Source of the DNA: Nageia nagi
Lineage: Eukaryota; Plantae; Pinophyta
Direction: 5' to 3'
Assembly: GCA_050084985.1 (NCBI GenBank)
Contig: JBITNC010000001.1
Location: forward strand, 121,892,001 to 121,956,000
DNA length: 64,000 nt
The translations under genes and the position numbers were made by a program. Shown here one piece after another: positions 40,147 to 52,857 of this stretch; positions within the stretch are counted from its first letter, which is position 1, and each line of letters opens with the position of its first letter. The notes below the pieces were generated by a model. It had not been told where the DNA came from, ran no database searches, and saw only the letters and a list, made by a program, of their open reading frames with translations.

Positions 40147-43100
40147 ATGAGTTTTATAAATATTTTTGGATATGAATGGTTCATATCTTCTTCAAGTGTA
40201 CAAAGAAGCTATGGTCTTTGGATCCCTAGGTCTAATGCTTAATAATCCAAGATAAGTTTCAGTGTTAGTTGTATAAGCCTAAGCCTAGAAATCCTAAATG
40301 CATTACCAATTGGAATCCAGTTACCTTATTGAATGTTAGTTATAAATCATTACTAAAGCATTAGCTCTTAAGCTCCATCCTATCCTCCCTTTGATCATTT
40401 GACCAAATTAGATTGGGCTTATTAAAGGTTAGTACATTCTAGATAATGTTATTATTGTTTGGGAAGGTATGGAATGGGCCTGCTCTTCCAATCAAGATGC
40501 CCTATTTATTAAAATTGATTTTAAGAAGGCTTATGATAGGATTGAATGGTTCTTCATTATTATAATGCTCTCACCTCTTGATTTTGGTCCTTCATTTCTT
40601 TAGTGAAAATGTTGTTAAGAGATACCTTTATTGTGCTCACTATGAATGGTTCCCAATCTCAAAGCATCTCCTTAGCTCGATCTATTCACCAAGGTTTCTC
40701 CCTAGCACCTTATTTATTTATTTTGGTCATAGAAGCTTTTAGCTATCTTCTTGTGCATTAATCCTCTAAGATTTAATTAAATTCATTTCCCTTCCTAATA
40801 CTTTTATTTAGTTATTGAATGGCCATTTTGTTGATTATTCATTTTTTACCCTTGAAGAAGATGAGTAGTCTATTAAGCATACCCTCAACTATCTGGAAAC
40901 TTTTTATCTTGCCTTTGAATCTAGTATTTAATGGCAAAAAACTTCCTACTATAGATAATTTTCACATCCTATTCTTGATTAGAAAAGGACTTATAATGGG
41001 TAAATGTTTAAATTCCTTAGCATTCACTTTACCTTTCAAGCATCTCCTACTCAACTTTGGAGTTTTGTAGTTCAAAAAGTTGAAAAGAGGCTTAGCTATT
41101 GGGCTACTAAGAAACTTTCTCTAGACAAAAAGTTGTAGATATATTCAAAATTTTTTGCCTTGACCCATGTCTATTATTCCTCTTATTGGGTCCCATCTAA
41201 TAACTATTATAAAAAGCTTCACAAACTTTTGAGAGACTTTATTTGGTCTTCATATGTTAACAAATGAAGCTTTCATCAAGTAGCCCAGGACATATGTTAT
41301 CTCCCCTACTCTATTGGTGGTATAACCTTATTTGATTATCAATTCCAAAGATATTCATTGTGTGCTAAATGGATTTTAAGAGCTCTAAAAGGGAATGAAG
41401 CTTGGAATCTCCTTATGCAGCAATGTATTTTACAAGAACTTCCTTTAGGGAAAAAGTCTTGGAAGGGGCTCAATCTTTAGACCTTGCTTACTGCACCTAT
41501 CAATATTAAAATTTTTGGCTCATTTTTTTAGTACATTTATAAATCCTAGGAATCTCTCAAACCTTGGCTTTCAAGGAATATTCTTGTGTAAATTAGTTGG
41601 TGCTTCTCTTAGCTCTCTTTATGTTTGGTGGTTACCTATCTTTTCTCAGGGAAGGTTTTCCCTTAGCTAATGTTCAATGGGTCTGAGCTTTGCATTTTCA
41701 TAGGAAAGTAATTGGGGTTATTCAACAACTTTTTGATAGTCAAACTAGGAATTAGATTACCTAATACACTTTCAAAAACAATTATCATCTGAAAGCTGAT
41801 GATAAAGCTACCTTTGATATTATAGTGGATTGAAATCCTTTTTCATATGGAGTAAGATTCATTTGCATTACCAAAAATAATGGTGGTATGATTGGTTTTG
41901 GCCCAAATGCATGAATTTTATTAAGTATAGATCTCATCATGGTTATTCCTAAATTTCCCATAATGTTCCCATGTTCACAATGCTTAATGTATGGTGTGAC
42001 CTTGTATCTTATCAATCTAGATTGTCTCTCCTTTTTTCCATAGCCTAGGCCAAATATATTGACCCTAAGTAGTGCTTTCTTTTGTTTGGATTCTTATTCA
42101 TTAGGGTCTCCCAATTATTCATATACATACCTATCTAGGTATTGCTAATCCTACTTGCTTGTGTTATGGAGATATTGATGATTTTCCCCATATTTTTTTG
42201 TATTGTGCTAAAGCTAAGCTAGCTTAGGAGTGGATTCTTTCCATTTTTAACACCTTTATTTTCTCTCCTTGTACTAGTGTTCATGTTATTATTAGGGATT
42301 CCCTTGATTTTTTAAAACCATTGGGTGAAGTTTGGAATATTTTTAGAATTACCATCCCCTACCATATATGGAATACAAGGAACAATATTATTTTTGGTAG
42401 AGATGAGGCCTCTACAACCTTCACTCTTACTAATAAATATGCTATTTACCATGATTATTGGATACAAATTACTATTCAGGTTGAAAATGTTAATGTGGAA
42501 GTTGAGCACTTATGGAATTTGTTGGATCACTAGGGAAATGACCTTGCACTCTTAACCATGAATTTTATAAAGAGTTTTGGGATATGATTGGTCTATATCT
42601 TCTTTAGATGTATGAAGAAGCTATGGTTTTGGATCCATGGGTCCAATGCTTACTAATCCAGGATAAGCTTTAGTGTTAGTTATCTAAACCTAATCCTAGA
42701 GATCCTAAATGCATTACTAACTAGCATCCAATTACCTTGTTGAATTTTATTTATAAAATCATTGCCAAAGTGTTAGCTCTTAAGCTTTGGCCTATCCTCC
42801 CTTTGACCATTCAACCAAAGCAGATAGGTTTTGTTAAAGGTTAGTACATTTTGGATGATGTTATTATATTTTGGGGAAGGTATGAAGTGGGCCCCTCTTC
42901 CAATCAAGATGCCCAATCTATTAAAATTGATTTTTAGAAGCTCTATGAGAGCATTGAATGGTTTTACATTACTGCAATGCTCTCAACTCTTGATTTTGGT
43001 CCTTTATTCATTTCTTTAGTTAAAAATGTTGTTTAGAGATACTTTGTTGTGCTCACTATGAATGGTTTCCAATCTTAAAACATCTCCTCAAGCTAGTCTA

Positions 43101-46100
43101 CTCACCAAGGTTGTCCACTAAAAGCTTATTTATTTATTTTATTCATAGAAGCTTTTAGCTATTTTCTGGTGCATCAAACCTCTCAAGGTCTAATTAAAGG
43201 CATTTCCCTTCCTAATTCTTCTATTTAGATATTAAATGGCCATTTTGTTGATGATTCATTTCTTACCTTTCAAGAAGATGAGCAGTCTATTAAGCATGCC
43301 CTCAAGTACTTGGATATTTTTTGTCTTTCCTCTAGCTCTAGTATTCAATGGAAAAAAAACTTCTTTCTATAGAAAATTTGTATGTCTTGTTCCTAATTTG
43401 GTTGCTCAAATACCTTGGAATGGATTCAAAATGGAGAAATGTTTAAATTCCTTGGCATTCCCTTTGCCCTTCAAGCATCTCCTGCTCAACTTTGGAGTTT
43501 TGTGGTTCAAAAAGTTGAAAAGAAGCTTAGCTATTAGGATACTATCAAACTTTCTCTATCTAGAAAGTTTTAGATTTGTTCAAAGTTCTTGCCTTGACCC
43601 ATACCTATTATTCCTCTTGTTGGGTCCCATCCAAGGACTTCTATCAAAAGCTTCACAAACTTTTGAGAGACTTTATTTAGTCTTTAAAGTTAACAAAAGA
43701 GGCTTTCACTGAGTAGCTTGTGAAATATGTTGCCTCACCTACTTTGCTAGTGCTATGGTCTTATTTGATTGTCAATTTCAGGGATATGCTTTATGTTTTA
43801 CATGGATTTTGAGATTTCTAGAAGGGAATGAAACATGGAAGATCCTAATGCAACATTATGTTTTACATGGACTTCCTTTAGCAAAAATTTCCTAGAAGGG
43901 GCTTAGTATTCAGACCCTACTTACTGCTCCTACCAATATTAAAATTTCATGCTTATTTGTTATTAAGAGCATTTGGAAAGCCTAGGAATCTCTCAAACCC
44001 CAACTTTCATGGCATATTCATGCTAAATCAATTGGTTCTTCTCTTAGCTCTCTTAATGTTTGGTGGCAAACTACCTTTGTCTTTGAAGGTTTTCCCCTAG
44101 CCAATGTTCAATGGGTCCAAGCTTTACATTTTTATAATAAAGGAATTGGGATTATTCAATAATTTTTTGATAATCAAACTAGGAATTGGCATACTTGGGA
44201 CACTTTCAAAAATATTTATGGTCTAAAAGCTGATGATAAAGTTACCTTTGATAATGTAGTGGATCGAACTCCTTTTTCTATCTAGAGTAAGATTGGTTTG
44301 AATTACCAAAAATAGTGGTGGTTTATTGATGTTGCTCCAAATGCATGAATCTTGTTAAGTATAGACCTCATCATGGTTATTCCTAGCTTTCCCCTAATGT
44401 TCCCTAGTTCATAGTGCTTAATTTCTTATGGGACCTTGTATCTTCTCAATCTAGATGGTATCTTCATTTTGCCAAACCTAAGCAGTGTTTTTATTTTTGT
44501 TTAGAGTCTTATAAATTAGGGTCTTCCTATTGGTCATATACATACCTATCTACGTATCGCTAATCCTACTTACTTGTGTTGTAGTGATAGTGATGATTTT
44601 CCCTATATTTTTTGGTATTATGTTAAAGCTAAGCTAGCCTAGGAGTAGATTATTTCCCTTTTTAACCCCTTTCTTTCCTCTCCATGTACTTGGGTTCATG
44701 TTATTCTTAGGGATCCTCTTGATTTTTCATAACCATTAGGTGAAGTTTGGAACATTTTCAGAATTAGTATCCCCTACCATGTATGGAAGACAAGGAACAA
44801 TATTGTTTTTGGTAGAGATGAGGCCTCTACAACCTTCACTCTTACTAATAAATATGTTATTTACTATGATTGTTGGCTAAAAATTACTATTTAGGTGGAA
44901 AACATTAATGTAAAAGTTGAGTATTTACGAAATTTGTTGGATCACAAGGGAAATGACCTTGCACTCTTAGGCATGAATTTTATAAAGAGTTTTGGGATAT
45001 GATTGGTTCAAATCTTATTCAAGCATAAAAATAAGCTATGGTCCTTGGATCCTTTGGTCCAATGCTTAATAATATAGGATAAGCTTTAGTGTTAGTTATC
45101 TAAGCCTAATCCTAAAGATCCTAAATGCATAACTAACTGACATCCAATTACCTTGTTGAATGTTAGTTATAAAATCATTGCCAAAGTGTTAGCTCTTAAG
45201 CTCCATCCTATCCTCCCTTTGATCATTTGACCAGATTAGATAGGGTTTGTTAAAGGTTGATACATTTTGGATAATGTTATCGTTGTTTGGGAAGGTACAA
45301 AATGGGCCTGCTCTTCAATAAGTATTTTATGTTTTGAGAAGGCTTATGATAGGATTTAATGGTTCTTCATTACTACAAAACTCTTAGATCTTGATTTTGG
45401 TCCTTTCTTCATTTATTCAATGAAAATATTGTTTAGAGATACCTTTGTTTTGCTCACTATGAATGGTTTCCAATCTCAAAGCCTTTTCTTATCTTAGTTT
45501 GTTCCCCAAGGTTGTCCCCTATTTATTTATTTTGATCATAGAAGCTTTTAGCTATCTTCTTATGCATCAAGCCTCTCAAGGTTTAATTAAAGGCATTTCC
45601 CTTCCTAATTCTTCTATTCAATTATTAAATGACCATTTTGCTGATGATTCATTTCTTACCCTTTAAGAAGATGAGTAATCTATTAAGCATGCCCTCAAGT
45701 GCCAAGACACTTTTTATCTTACCTTTGGCTCTAGTATTCAATGGCAAAAAACTTCTTGCTATAGATAATTTGTACATCATATTCCTAGTTGGCTTGATCA
45801 AATCCCTTGGAAATGGATTTAGGATGGGGAAATGTTTAAATATATTCACATTCCCTTTACATTTCAAGTGTCTCCTACTTAACTTTGGAGTTTTTTGGTT
45901 CAAAAAGTTAAAAATAAGCTTAGTTATTGGGCTCAATGAAACTTTCTCTGGCTAGAAAGTTTCAAATTTGTACAAAAGTTCTTGCCTTGACCCATGTCTA
46001 TTATTCTTCTTGTTGAGTCCCAACCAAGAACTACTATCAAAATCTTCATAAACTTTTGAGAGACTTTATTTAATCTTTAGATGTTATCAAATGAGGATTT

Positions 46101-47383
46101 TATCAGTAGCTTGGGAAATATGTTGCTCCCCCACTCTACTGGTGGTATGGTCTTATTTGATTGTCAATTCTAGGGATATGCTTTGTGTGCTAAATGGATT
46201 TTGAGATCTTTAAAGGGAATGAAGCTTGGAAACTCCTTGTGTGGCATTGTGTTTTACAAGGATTTCCTTTAGGGAAAAAGGCCTAGAAAAGATTCAATAT
46301 TCAGACCTTACTTACTACTCGTACCAATATTAAAATTTCAAGCTTATTTGTTATTAAGAACATTTGGAAAGCCTAGGAATCTCTTAAAGCCTAGCTTTCA
46401 TGGCATATTCATGCTAAATCATTTGGTACTTCTCTTAGCTCTCTTAATGTCTGGTGGTCACCTACCTTTTCTCTAGAAGGTTTTCCCCTAGCCAATGTTC
46501 ATTGGATTTGAGATTTGCATTTTCATAGGAAAGGAATTGGGGTTCTTTAATAATTTTTTAATAGTCAAACTAGGAATTGGTATATTTGGGACACTTTCAA
46601 AAATATTTATGGTTTGAAAGCTGATGATAAAGCTACCTTTGACATTGTAGTGGATCAAACTCCTTTTTCCATCTAGAGTAAGATTGGTTTGCATTACCAA
46701 ACATAGTGGTGGTCTTATTAGTTTTGTCCCAAATGCATGAATCTTGTTAAGTATATACCTCATCATGGTTATTCCTAGCTTTCCCCTAATATTCCCATGT
46801 TCACAGTGCTTAATGTCTAGTGGAACCTTATATCTTCTCAATCTAGATGGTCTCTTCATTTTTCCATAGCCTGGGCCAAATATATTGAACCTAAGTAGTG
46901 TTTTTTTGTTTGGAGTTTTATTCATCAGGGTCTTCCTATTGGTCATAGACATACCTATCTAGGTATCACTAATCCTACTTGTCCATGTTGTGTTGATATT
47001 GATGATCTTTCCCATGTTTTTTGGTATTGTGTTAAAGCTAAGCTATCTTGGAAGTGGATTCTTTTCTTTTTTAACCCCTTTCTTTCCTCTCCATGTACTT
47101 GGATTCATGTTATTCTTAGGGATCCTCTTCATTTTTTAGAACCATTAGGTGAAGTTTGGAACATTTTTAGAATTATCATCCCCAACTATATATGGAAGAT
47201 AAGGAACAATATTGTTTTTGGTAGAGATAAGGCCTATACAACCTTGACTCTTACTGATAAATATGCTATTTACTATGATTGTTGGCTATAGATTACAATT
47301 CAAGTGGAAAAAGTTAATGTGGAAGTTGAGCACTTACGAATTTGTTGGATCACTAGGGAAATGCCCTTGCACTCTCAGTCATG
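40147..47383 (+). repeat. Tandem triplication of ~2.41 kb of L1 ORF2 (RT through C-terminus)
   Basis: Units start at atga(g/a)ttttataaa (40147, 42558, 44973) and each ends gggaaatg.ccttgcactct. Periods are 2411, 2415 and 2408 bp. ORFs 40819, 43236 and 45629 are paralogous. Confidence 0.95.
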
Positions 47384-48410
47384 TTCTGCCTGTTAATTTT
47401 CCCTTCGATGAGCACGATCACGTGGAGGTTCTCAACATCTTTCATGCAGTCAAACTCCAATTCTACCTAGCTATATGGCTTATGTTGCTACCTACTAATT
47501 CTTCATGTCACTGGTCTCAACCTCCGCCCAACCCCAAATGATGAGCTTTTAGAGATCTTGCTTCCTCCCACTCTCATAGTGGTTTGGGATGTTCAGCATG
47601 AGGTTTCTGCTTCTATTTTCGGTTGGGGAGATACTTCAAATCCCTCTCCTCTATATGGCTAAAAAGTTGATATGCATGCTGCTGCCAGTGGGAGTAATGA
47701 CCATGATGGGTGGAATATGGCTACTGTAGAGGGTGGTGGTTTGGAAAGTATGTGCTATGTGGACAATTTCTGCCCTCCCACAGCTAATGATTAATATCTC
47801 TTATGTATTTGTTGATTAGATTTTGGGTTATGTATTCTTTTGTTGATCGAGAGTTTTTAATGATTGAGTATGCTTTTTTTAGCTCTACACGGATGGTTAT
47901 AATTGTTTTTGTACTCTAACTACTAAGTAGTTAATTTACATTGTGATTTGCCACCAGACATTCTCAATCCCACCCACCTATTTTGTATGAAAATATATAT
48001 ATATATAATATAAAAATCTTTTTTATCCAAAACTTATTATTTTTTTATTATTATCATTTTCAATAATTTGTAAATTACTTATAAAATTTTTCTTCAACTT
48101 TTCTTTTTAATTGATTTGATCCACACATAATTTAAAAGAAAGAGGAACAAGTTAAAAGACAATATAAATTTATTACGATTTGTTAATGCAGAGAATTATT
48201 TCTTGGTGAAAAAGGTCGTGTAGATTACTTTTTGCTTTGATGAAAAGATTTTCAACCATAAACATGAAAAAAAAAAAAAAAAACTCGATTGAAGGTAAAC
48301 TGTCGAGTGTTCACTGCGCTGTCGTCACAAGCTTGACGAGGCCATGCCCAGTCCACATCTGGACTCTCCCTTTCCCACCACCACCATGGAACCTCCGCTC
48401 ATCTCTCAAC

Positions 48411-48417
48411 TATATAA
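48411..48417 (+). promoter_or_regulatory. TATA box of the Em-like gene
   Basis: TATATAA 74 nt upstream of the ATG, within a CpG-retaining island. Confidence 0.75.
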
Positions 48418-48484
48418 GCAATACAACGGACAGACACAAAAAGACCGTTTTTAATTGTATAGGAGTTGATTTATCTTTGTCTGA

Positions 48485-48810
48485 ATGGCGTCCCAACAGG
48501 AGAGGAAGGAGATGGACGAAAAAGCGAAGCAAGGAGAAACTGTGGTTCCTGGAGGCACTAGTGGCAAGACTTTAGAAGCTCAAGAACGTCTCGCTGAAGG
48601 TATAACTGCTCTTATAGTTCAAGATTTAATATATTATGACGTTGGGTAGTCTGCTAGTTTTCTAAGTGTCAATGTAAATAACAATGTGCAGGTAGAAAAA
48701 AAGGAGGGCAGACAAGGAAGGAGCAGCTGGGACAAGAAGGTTACGAGCAGCTAGGACATAAAGGTGGCCAAACGCTCAGAGAGCAGATGCGAAGTGAGGA
48801 CATCGAATAG
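48485..48810 (+). CDS. Em: Em-like group 1 late embryogenesis abundant protein (small hydrophilic seed protein), 77 aa; join(48485..48599,48692..48810)
   Basis: Spliced translation [77 protein letters not shown]. It has the hallmark GETVVPGGT and the 20-mer [16 protein letters not shown] 92-nt GT-AG intron (48600-48691) splits the Gly codon of LAEG, the position conserved in Em genes. Confidence 0.95.
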
Positions 48811-49529
48811 TATTATATGCTTAAATTGCATGTATATAGAAATATTGTATATTCTCATCCTTATATGATGGATAGGGTTTGCTGTAGTACTCTTTGTAAT
48901 GGACTTTGTGTTTAATACTTTTTTGAGGGTATGTTGTTATTGTGTGAAAATTGAATATAATAGCTTTAAAATTAAAATTAATGATAATAAGAAAATATAA
49001 TCATAATGATGAAATTGAATTTAGTATGCAATTAATATCAATACAGTGCCCTTATGATTCTTAATGCTTTCCTTTCTAAGTTTTATTTCTAGTTAATTGG
49101 TGATTGACTGGATTATATATGCTGCCTGATGGTTTTCCCTTTCTAGACGAGCAAGAAGATTATATATCTTCAACTAAAGAGTTTGGACATTGAAAAAAGT
49201 GATTGTGCAAAGTAATACTTGTTTATATTTGAAATTATTGTTAGTAAAAGCTTTTATCTGTATCTTCTACATCATGTAAGCTGAACTATGTTATGATTTA
49301 GAAAGCACCTAATTCTGCTCTCGGTGATTATGGAGAATTGCTTAGTTGAGAATATTATGTACTAGCCTCTTATTTCGGAAATCAAATGAAACATTAAAAT
49401 ATATTCATGCTTATTACTTTCCTAATGGAGGCTTTCGATATTTTACTCTCAAAATTTTATAAAAATATTTATGTAGAGGTTTTGTTTTAGAGTACACGTC
49501 TTTTTATACAATATGTATATATATACACA

Positions 49530-51425
49530 AAGAAATATATATATATAGAAAGAAAGAAAGAAATTTTATAAATCTTTAAGGGAGACCATATATCTTTTGG
49601 TGGGAGAAAGAAATATATATATAGAAAGAAAGAAATTTTATAAATCTTTAAGGGAGAACATATATCTTTTGGTGGTAGGGTGGGCGAATGGAACATGGGA
49701 TTCATGACATAGTAAGGTATCTGTTGATCAATTCGATCAACAGACAATGATATAAAGAGAGAATGTGTTTTGAGAAGTATGGAATCAGTTGAGAGAATGT
49801 GTTTTGAGAAGTATGGAATCAGTTGATGCATTCAAATGCAGTTTATTTTATTTATTTTTATTTTCTTCAAATGCAGTTTATTTTATTTATTTTTATTTTC
49901 TTCAAATACATTTTATTTTATTTATTTTTATTTTCTTATTTTTTAATCTTTCACAAAGCGTGAATTACTTTATGACCGTTGTTATAATCTTATTTTGGAT
50001 AAGAATTTTTCAAACCTCATGATGCTATGAATTAGCTTATGAGAGGAGTTATAATTTTATTTTGGGTAATGTTTTCAGTATAGTGAAAACTATTTCGGTT
50101 AAAATTTCTTTTTATCAATATATTAGAAGTGTTGAAATAGTGTTTTATGTTATGTAATTTTAAGGATGGTAATGGTTGTTTTCAGTATATTAAACTTTAT
50201 TTCGATTAAAATTTTCTTTATCAATATACTAGAAGTGTTGAAATTCTTAGTTTTAAGTGTTTATGTTATGTAATTTTAAGGATGGTAATGGTTATTTTAT
50301 TAAAATTTTAAAAGTAGAATCTATATATTTACTTCCATAAATTCTAAAGTCAAATTGAATTGCTTTATTAAAAATTTGTTTGAAGAATTTATAACATATG
50401 AGAAATAATCATTTAATATATATTTACTAACATATGAGAAATAATTATTTAATATATATTTACTTCGATAAATTCTAAAGTTAAATTGAATTGTTTTATA
50501 AAAAATTTGTTTTAAGAATTTATAACATAAAGTTAAATTGAACTGCTTTATAAAAAATTTGTTTTAAGAATTTATAACATAAAGTTAAATTGAACTGCTT
50601 TATAAAAAATTTGTTTTAAGAATTTATAACATAAAGTTAAATTGAACTGCTTTATAAAAAAATTGTTTTAAGAATTTATAACTTAATTAGATAGAGAGGT
50701 TATAAAAAATTGTTTTAAGAATTTATAACTTAATTAGATAGAGAGGTTATATTCTTTATTTATTATTAGATAGATAGAAGTTATTTTATTTATTCAACCT
50801 GAATTCATAACATAATTTTTTTCACTTTTTAGACAATGTTATATTTTTAATCTTTTTCTACTTTTAAGACATAATATTCTTTATCCATTCAACCTTAGAT
50901 GTTGTTACTAACTCAAATCAATTATTTAGTCAACCTTAAAACTTATACAAAATGGATCAATCAAGGATAACACAAATTTTATCCTATTATAACTTTATCC
51001 TATTATGACTTTAATCAATCAAGGATACCACCACAAAATTACGTTGATACATGTTGATACAGTTTCAATATTGTTAAAAGCAATCAATAATAAAAAGAAA
51101 AACTACATATAACTTTAATTATATTTAATATATTAATTAAATATGCTTACATTTAATATCAACTGTCTTTTTTTTATTCATCCTTTAATATGGACATATC
51201 ATTTTTAATTATCTAATATATTAATTAAATTTAATCAAATTTAATATCAATTATATGTTAAGAAAAAGGTTCTCCCTCTATGAGATTTCAAACTTCATAA
51301 AATCCTTTGGCTTAAAACTCTACATCGAGTCTTTCAAACCTCATTTTGGAATCCTTTGGCTCAAAACTCTGCAAAAAGAACACCGAGAAACCTCATTTTG
51401 GAATCCTTTGGCTTAAAACTTTGCA
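49530..51425. repeat. Cluster of unrelated short tandem duplications and minisatellites
   Basis: ~75-bp x2 (49530-49675), ~34-bp x2 (49757-49825), ~110-bp x2 (50070-50295), ~36-bp x2 (50393-50464), ~51-bp x4 plus a variant x2 (50477-50750), and aaacctcattttggaatcctttggc x3 (51289-51420). Confidence 0.85.
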
Positions 51426-51444
51426 AAGTTTTATTTTTTATGAT

Positions 51445-51765
51445 TAATAGGGCCGAACTTCTCTAGGGTTTGCGAGGGAGGGAAGGGGAGGCGAGGGGAG
51501 GAATTCTGGTGGGATTTATCCTGGATTAGCTGATATACTGAAGAATTGCATTGCGGGGATTTTTCGGCATCTGAGCCCTTTTGATATTTTGCAAGCTTGC
51601 GAGGTTGAACAGCATTTTTAAAGGGCAGTGGATTGTGATTTGGTATGGGCCAAGAAATTACCATCATGAGATGCTTTCAAATTCGTCTGTACCCAAGGAT
51701 CGATTTCTTCAAAAGAAGGATATATATGCGCTGTTTGACCAATCTCTCTGGACGATGGTATCAAG
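51445..51765 (+). promoter_or_regulatory. CpG-retaining promoter/first-exon-like island
   Basis: Telo-box CTAGGGTTT (51463-51471), G4-capable run (51476-51498), site II TGGGCC (51646-51651), and donor AAG|GTAATT at 51765/51766 followed by a T-rich intron-like tract. Confidence 0.45.
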
Positions 51766-52526
51766 GTAATTTTAACTATTTTTTATTTTGATGGGCAGGT
51801 AAATTTTTTGTGAAATTTTAGTTTTGCTTTGTTGTGGTCAGTGTTATTATTTTTCTGCGTTTTCTTTTGATGGTCTAAATGTTACCCTTTTTTGGGTGAT
51901 TTTTCTTTGAATTCTTTTGATGTCGAGTTCTGATTTTTGCCTCTGTTTTTAGAGTGATTGAAATTAGAAACATTTTCAATGAAATTGAGGTTACATGGAC
52001 AGCTAGTTTTTACACAAGTGTTCATTCATATGATCTGGAGCCATTAGCATTAGCAGATGGTATTATCATAATAATATCAAGTTCAGCTATTCACATTTTG
52101 AACCCCATCATTCCATGATTATGTTTTAAAACAATTTTTAATGCTATTACAAGAAGGGGTTGGGAATTTCTTGAAACAGCAGGGACTGCGTTTTTTGACA
52201 CTCTTTAATGTTAGTTCAGGAAAGATTTAGCACTTAGCTTTAAACTAGAAGAGAATTGGACTGAAGTGCTAAATGTTGCATTAAACTAATTAGTGTGTCA
52301 AAGTATATTTACAAAATAATCGAGAGAGTTTTACTCATGTTTCAAAATTGTAGCAATTATATTCATAGTGAGTTTGCAATTTTTAAGATAAACGTTGCCA
52401 TCTATTTATACGATCCAGATTATTTGCAAAACTACAACGAATATTCAGATATCCATTTTGAAAAACTAGGATATCAAAACCAACAAACTTTAGAGTCTTC
52501 ATCCAGTGTGTAGATCAGCAAGAAGA

Positions 52527-52857
52527 AAACTAGAATAATATGATGCGAAAGAAATTGTGTAGCAGATCATGTTTAGAATCTGAACGTAGGATGCTGTGTG
52601 TCCTTAAAAGCAGCTGTGATTGACTGTTAATTGTCTTCAACATGATGAGATTATTGCATATATTAAGTTTGGATTATTAGTTGAATACTTTACATTATTC
52701 AAACTAGAATAATATGATGCGAAAGAAATTGTGTAGCAGATCATGTTTAGAATGTGAACCTTAAAAGCAGATGTGATTGACTGTTAATTGTCTTCAACAT
52801 GATGAGATTGTTGTATATATTAAGTTTGGATTATTAGTTGAATACTTAACATTATTC
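52527..52857. repeat. ~174-bp tandem duplication; the second copy has a ~17-nt deletion
   Basis: aaactagaataatatgatgcgaaagaaattgtgtagcagatc...cattattc at 52527 and 52701. Confidence 0.9.

Larger units (their letters stand above)
36950..48015 (+). mobile_element. Degenerate near-full-length L1 LINE with internal tandem duplications
   Basis: ORF1 DUF4283-like GYFFGQFP...KGFFLF...VPMWVEFPNLPL, with a knuckle remnant at ~38100-38150. ORF2 endonuclease from ~38662 (NIYASND, CGDFN). RT motifs KAPRIDGF, TLLNVSYK, KIDFKKAYDRIEW, QG..LAPYLF and FADD. C-terminal Cys/His motif and IW.TRN. The ends are approximate and no TSD was resolved. Confidence 0.9.

Noticed and set aside
41785-46952. Repeated minus-strand ORFs (KHCEHGNI.G.LGITMMR) as a tandem gene family
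   Set aside because: Antisense readings of the triplicated L1 ORF2.
48237-48575. 112-aa ORF as a gene
   Set aside because: Starts at TTG, runs through a poly-A tract and the Em promoter, and overlaps Em exon 1 out of frame.
49140-49170. Third Em exon restoring the DESKF C-terminus
   Set aside because: An acceptor-like AG exists, but the following frames do not give the conserved C-terminus and exon 2 has no convincing donor before its stop.
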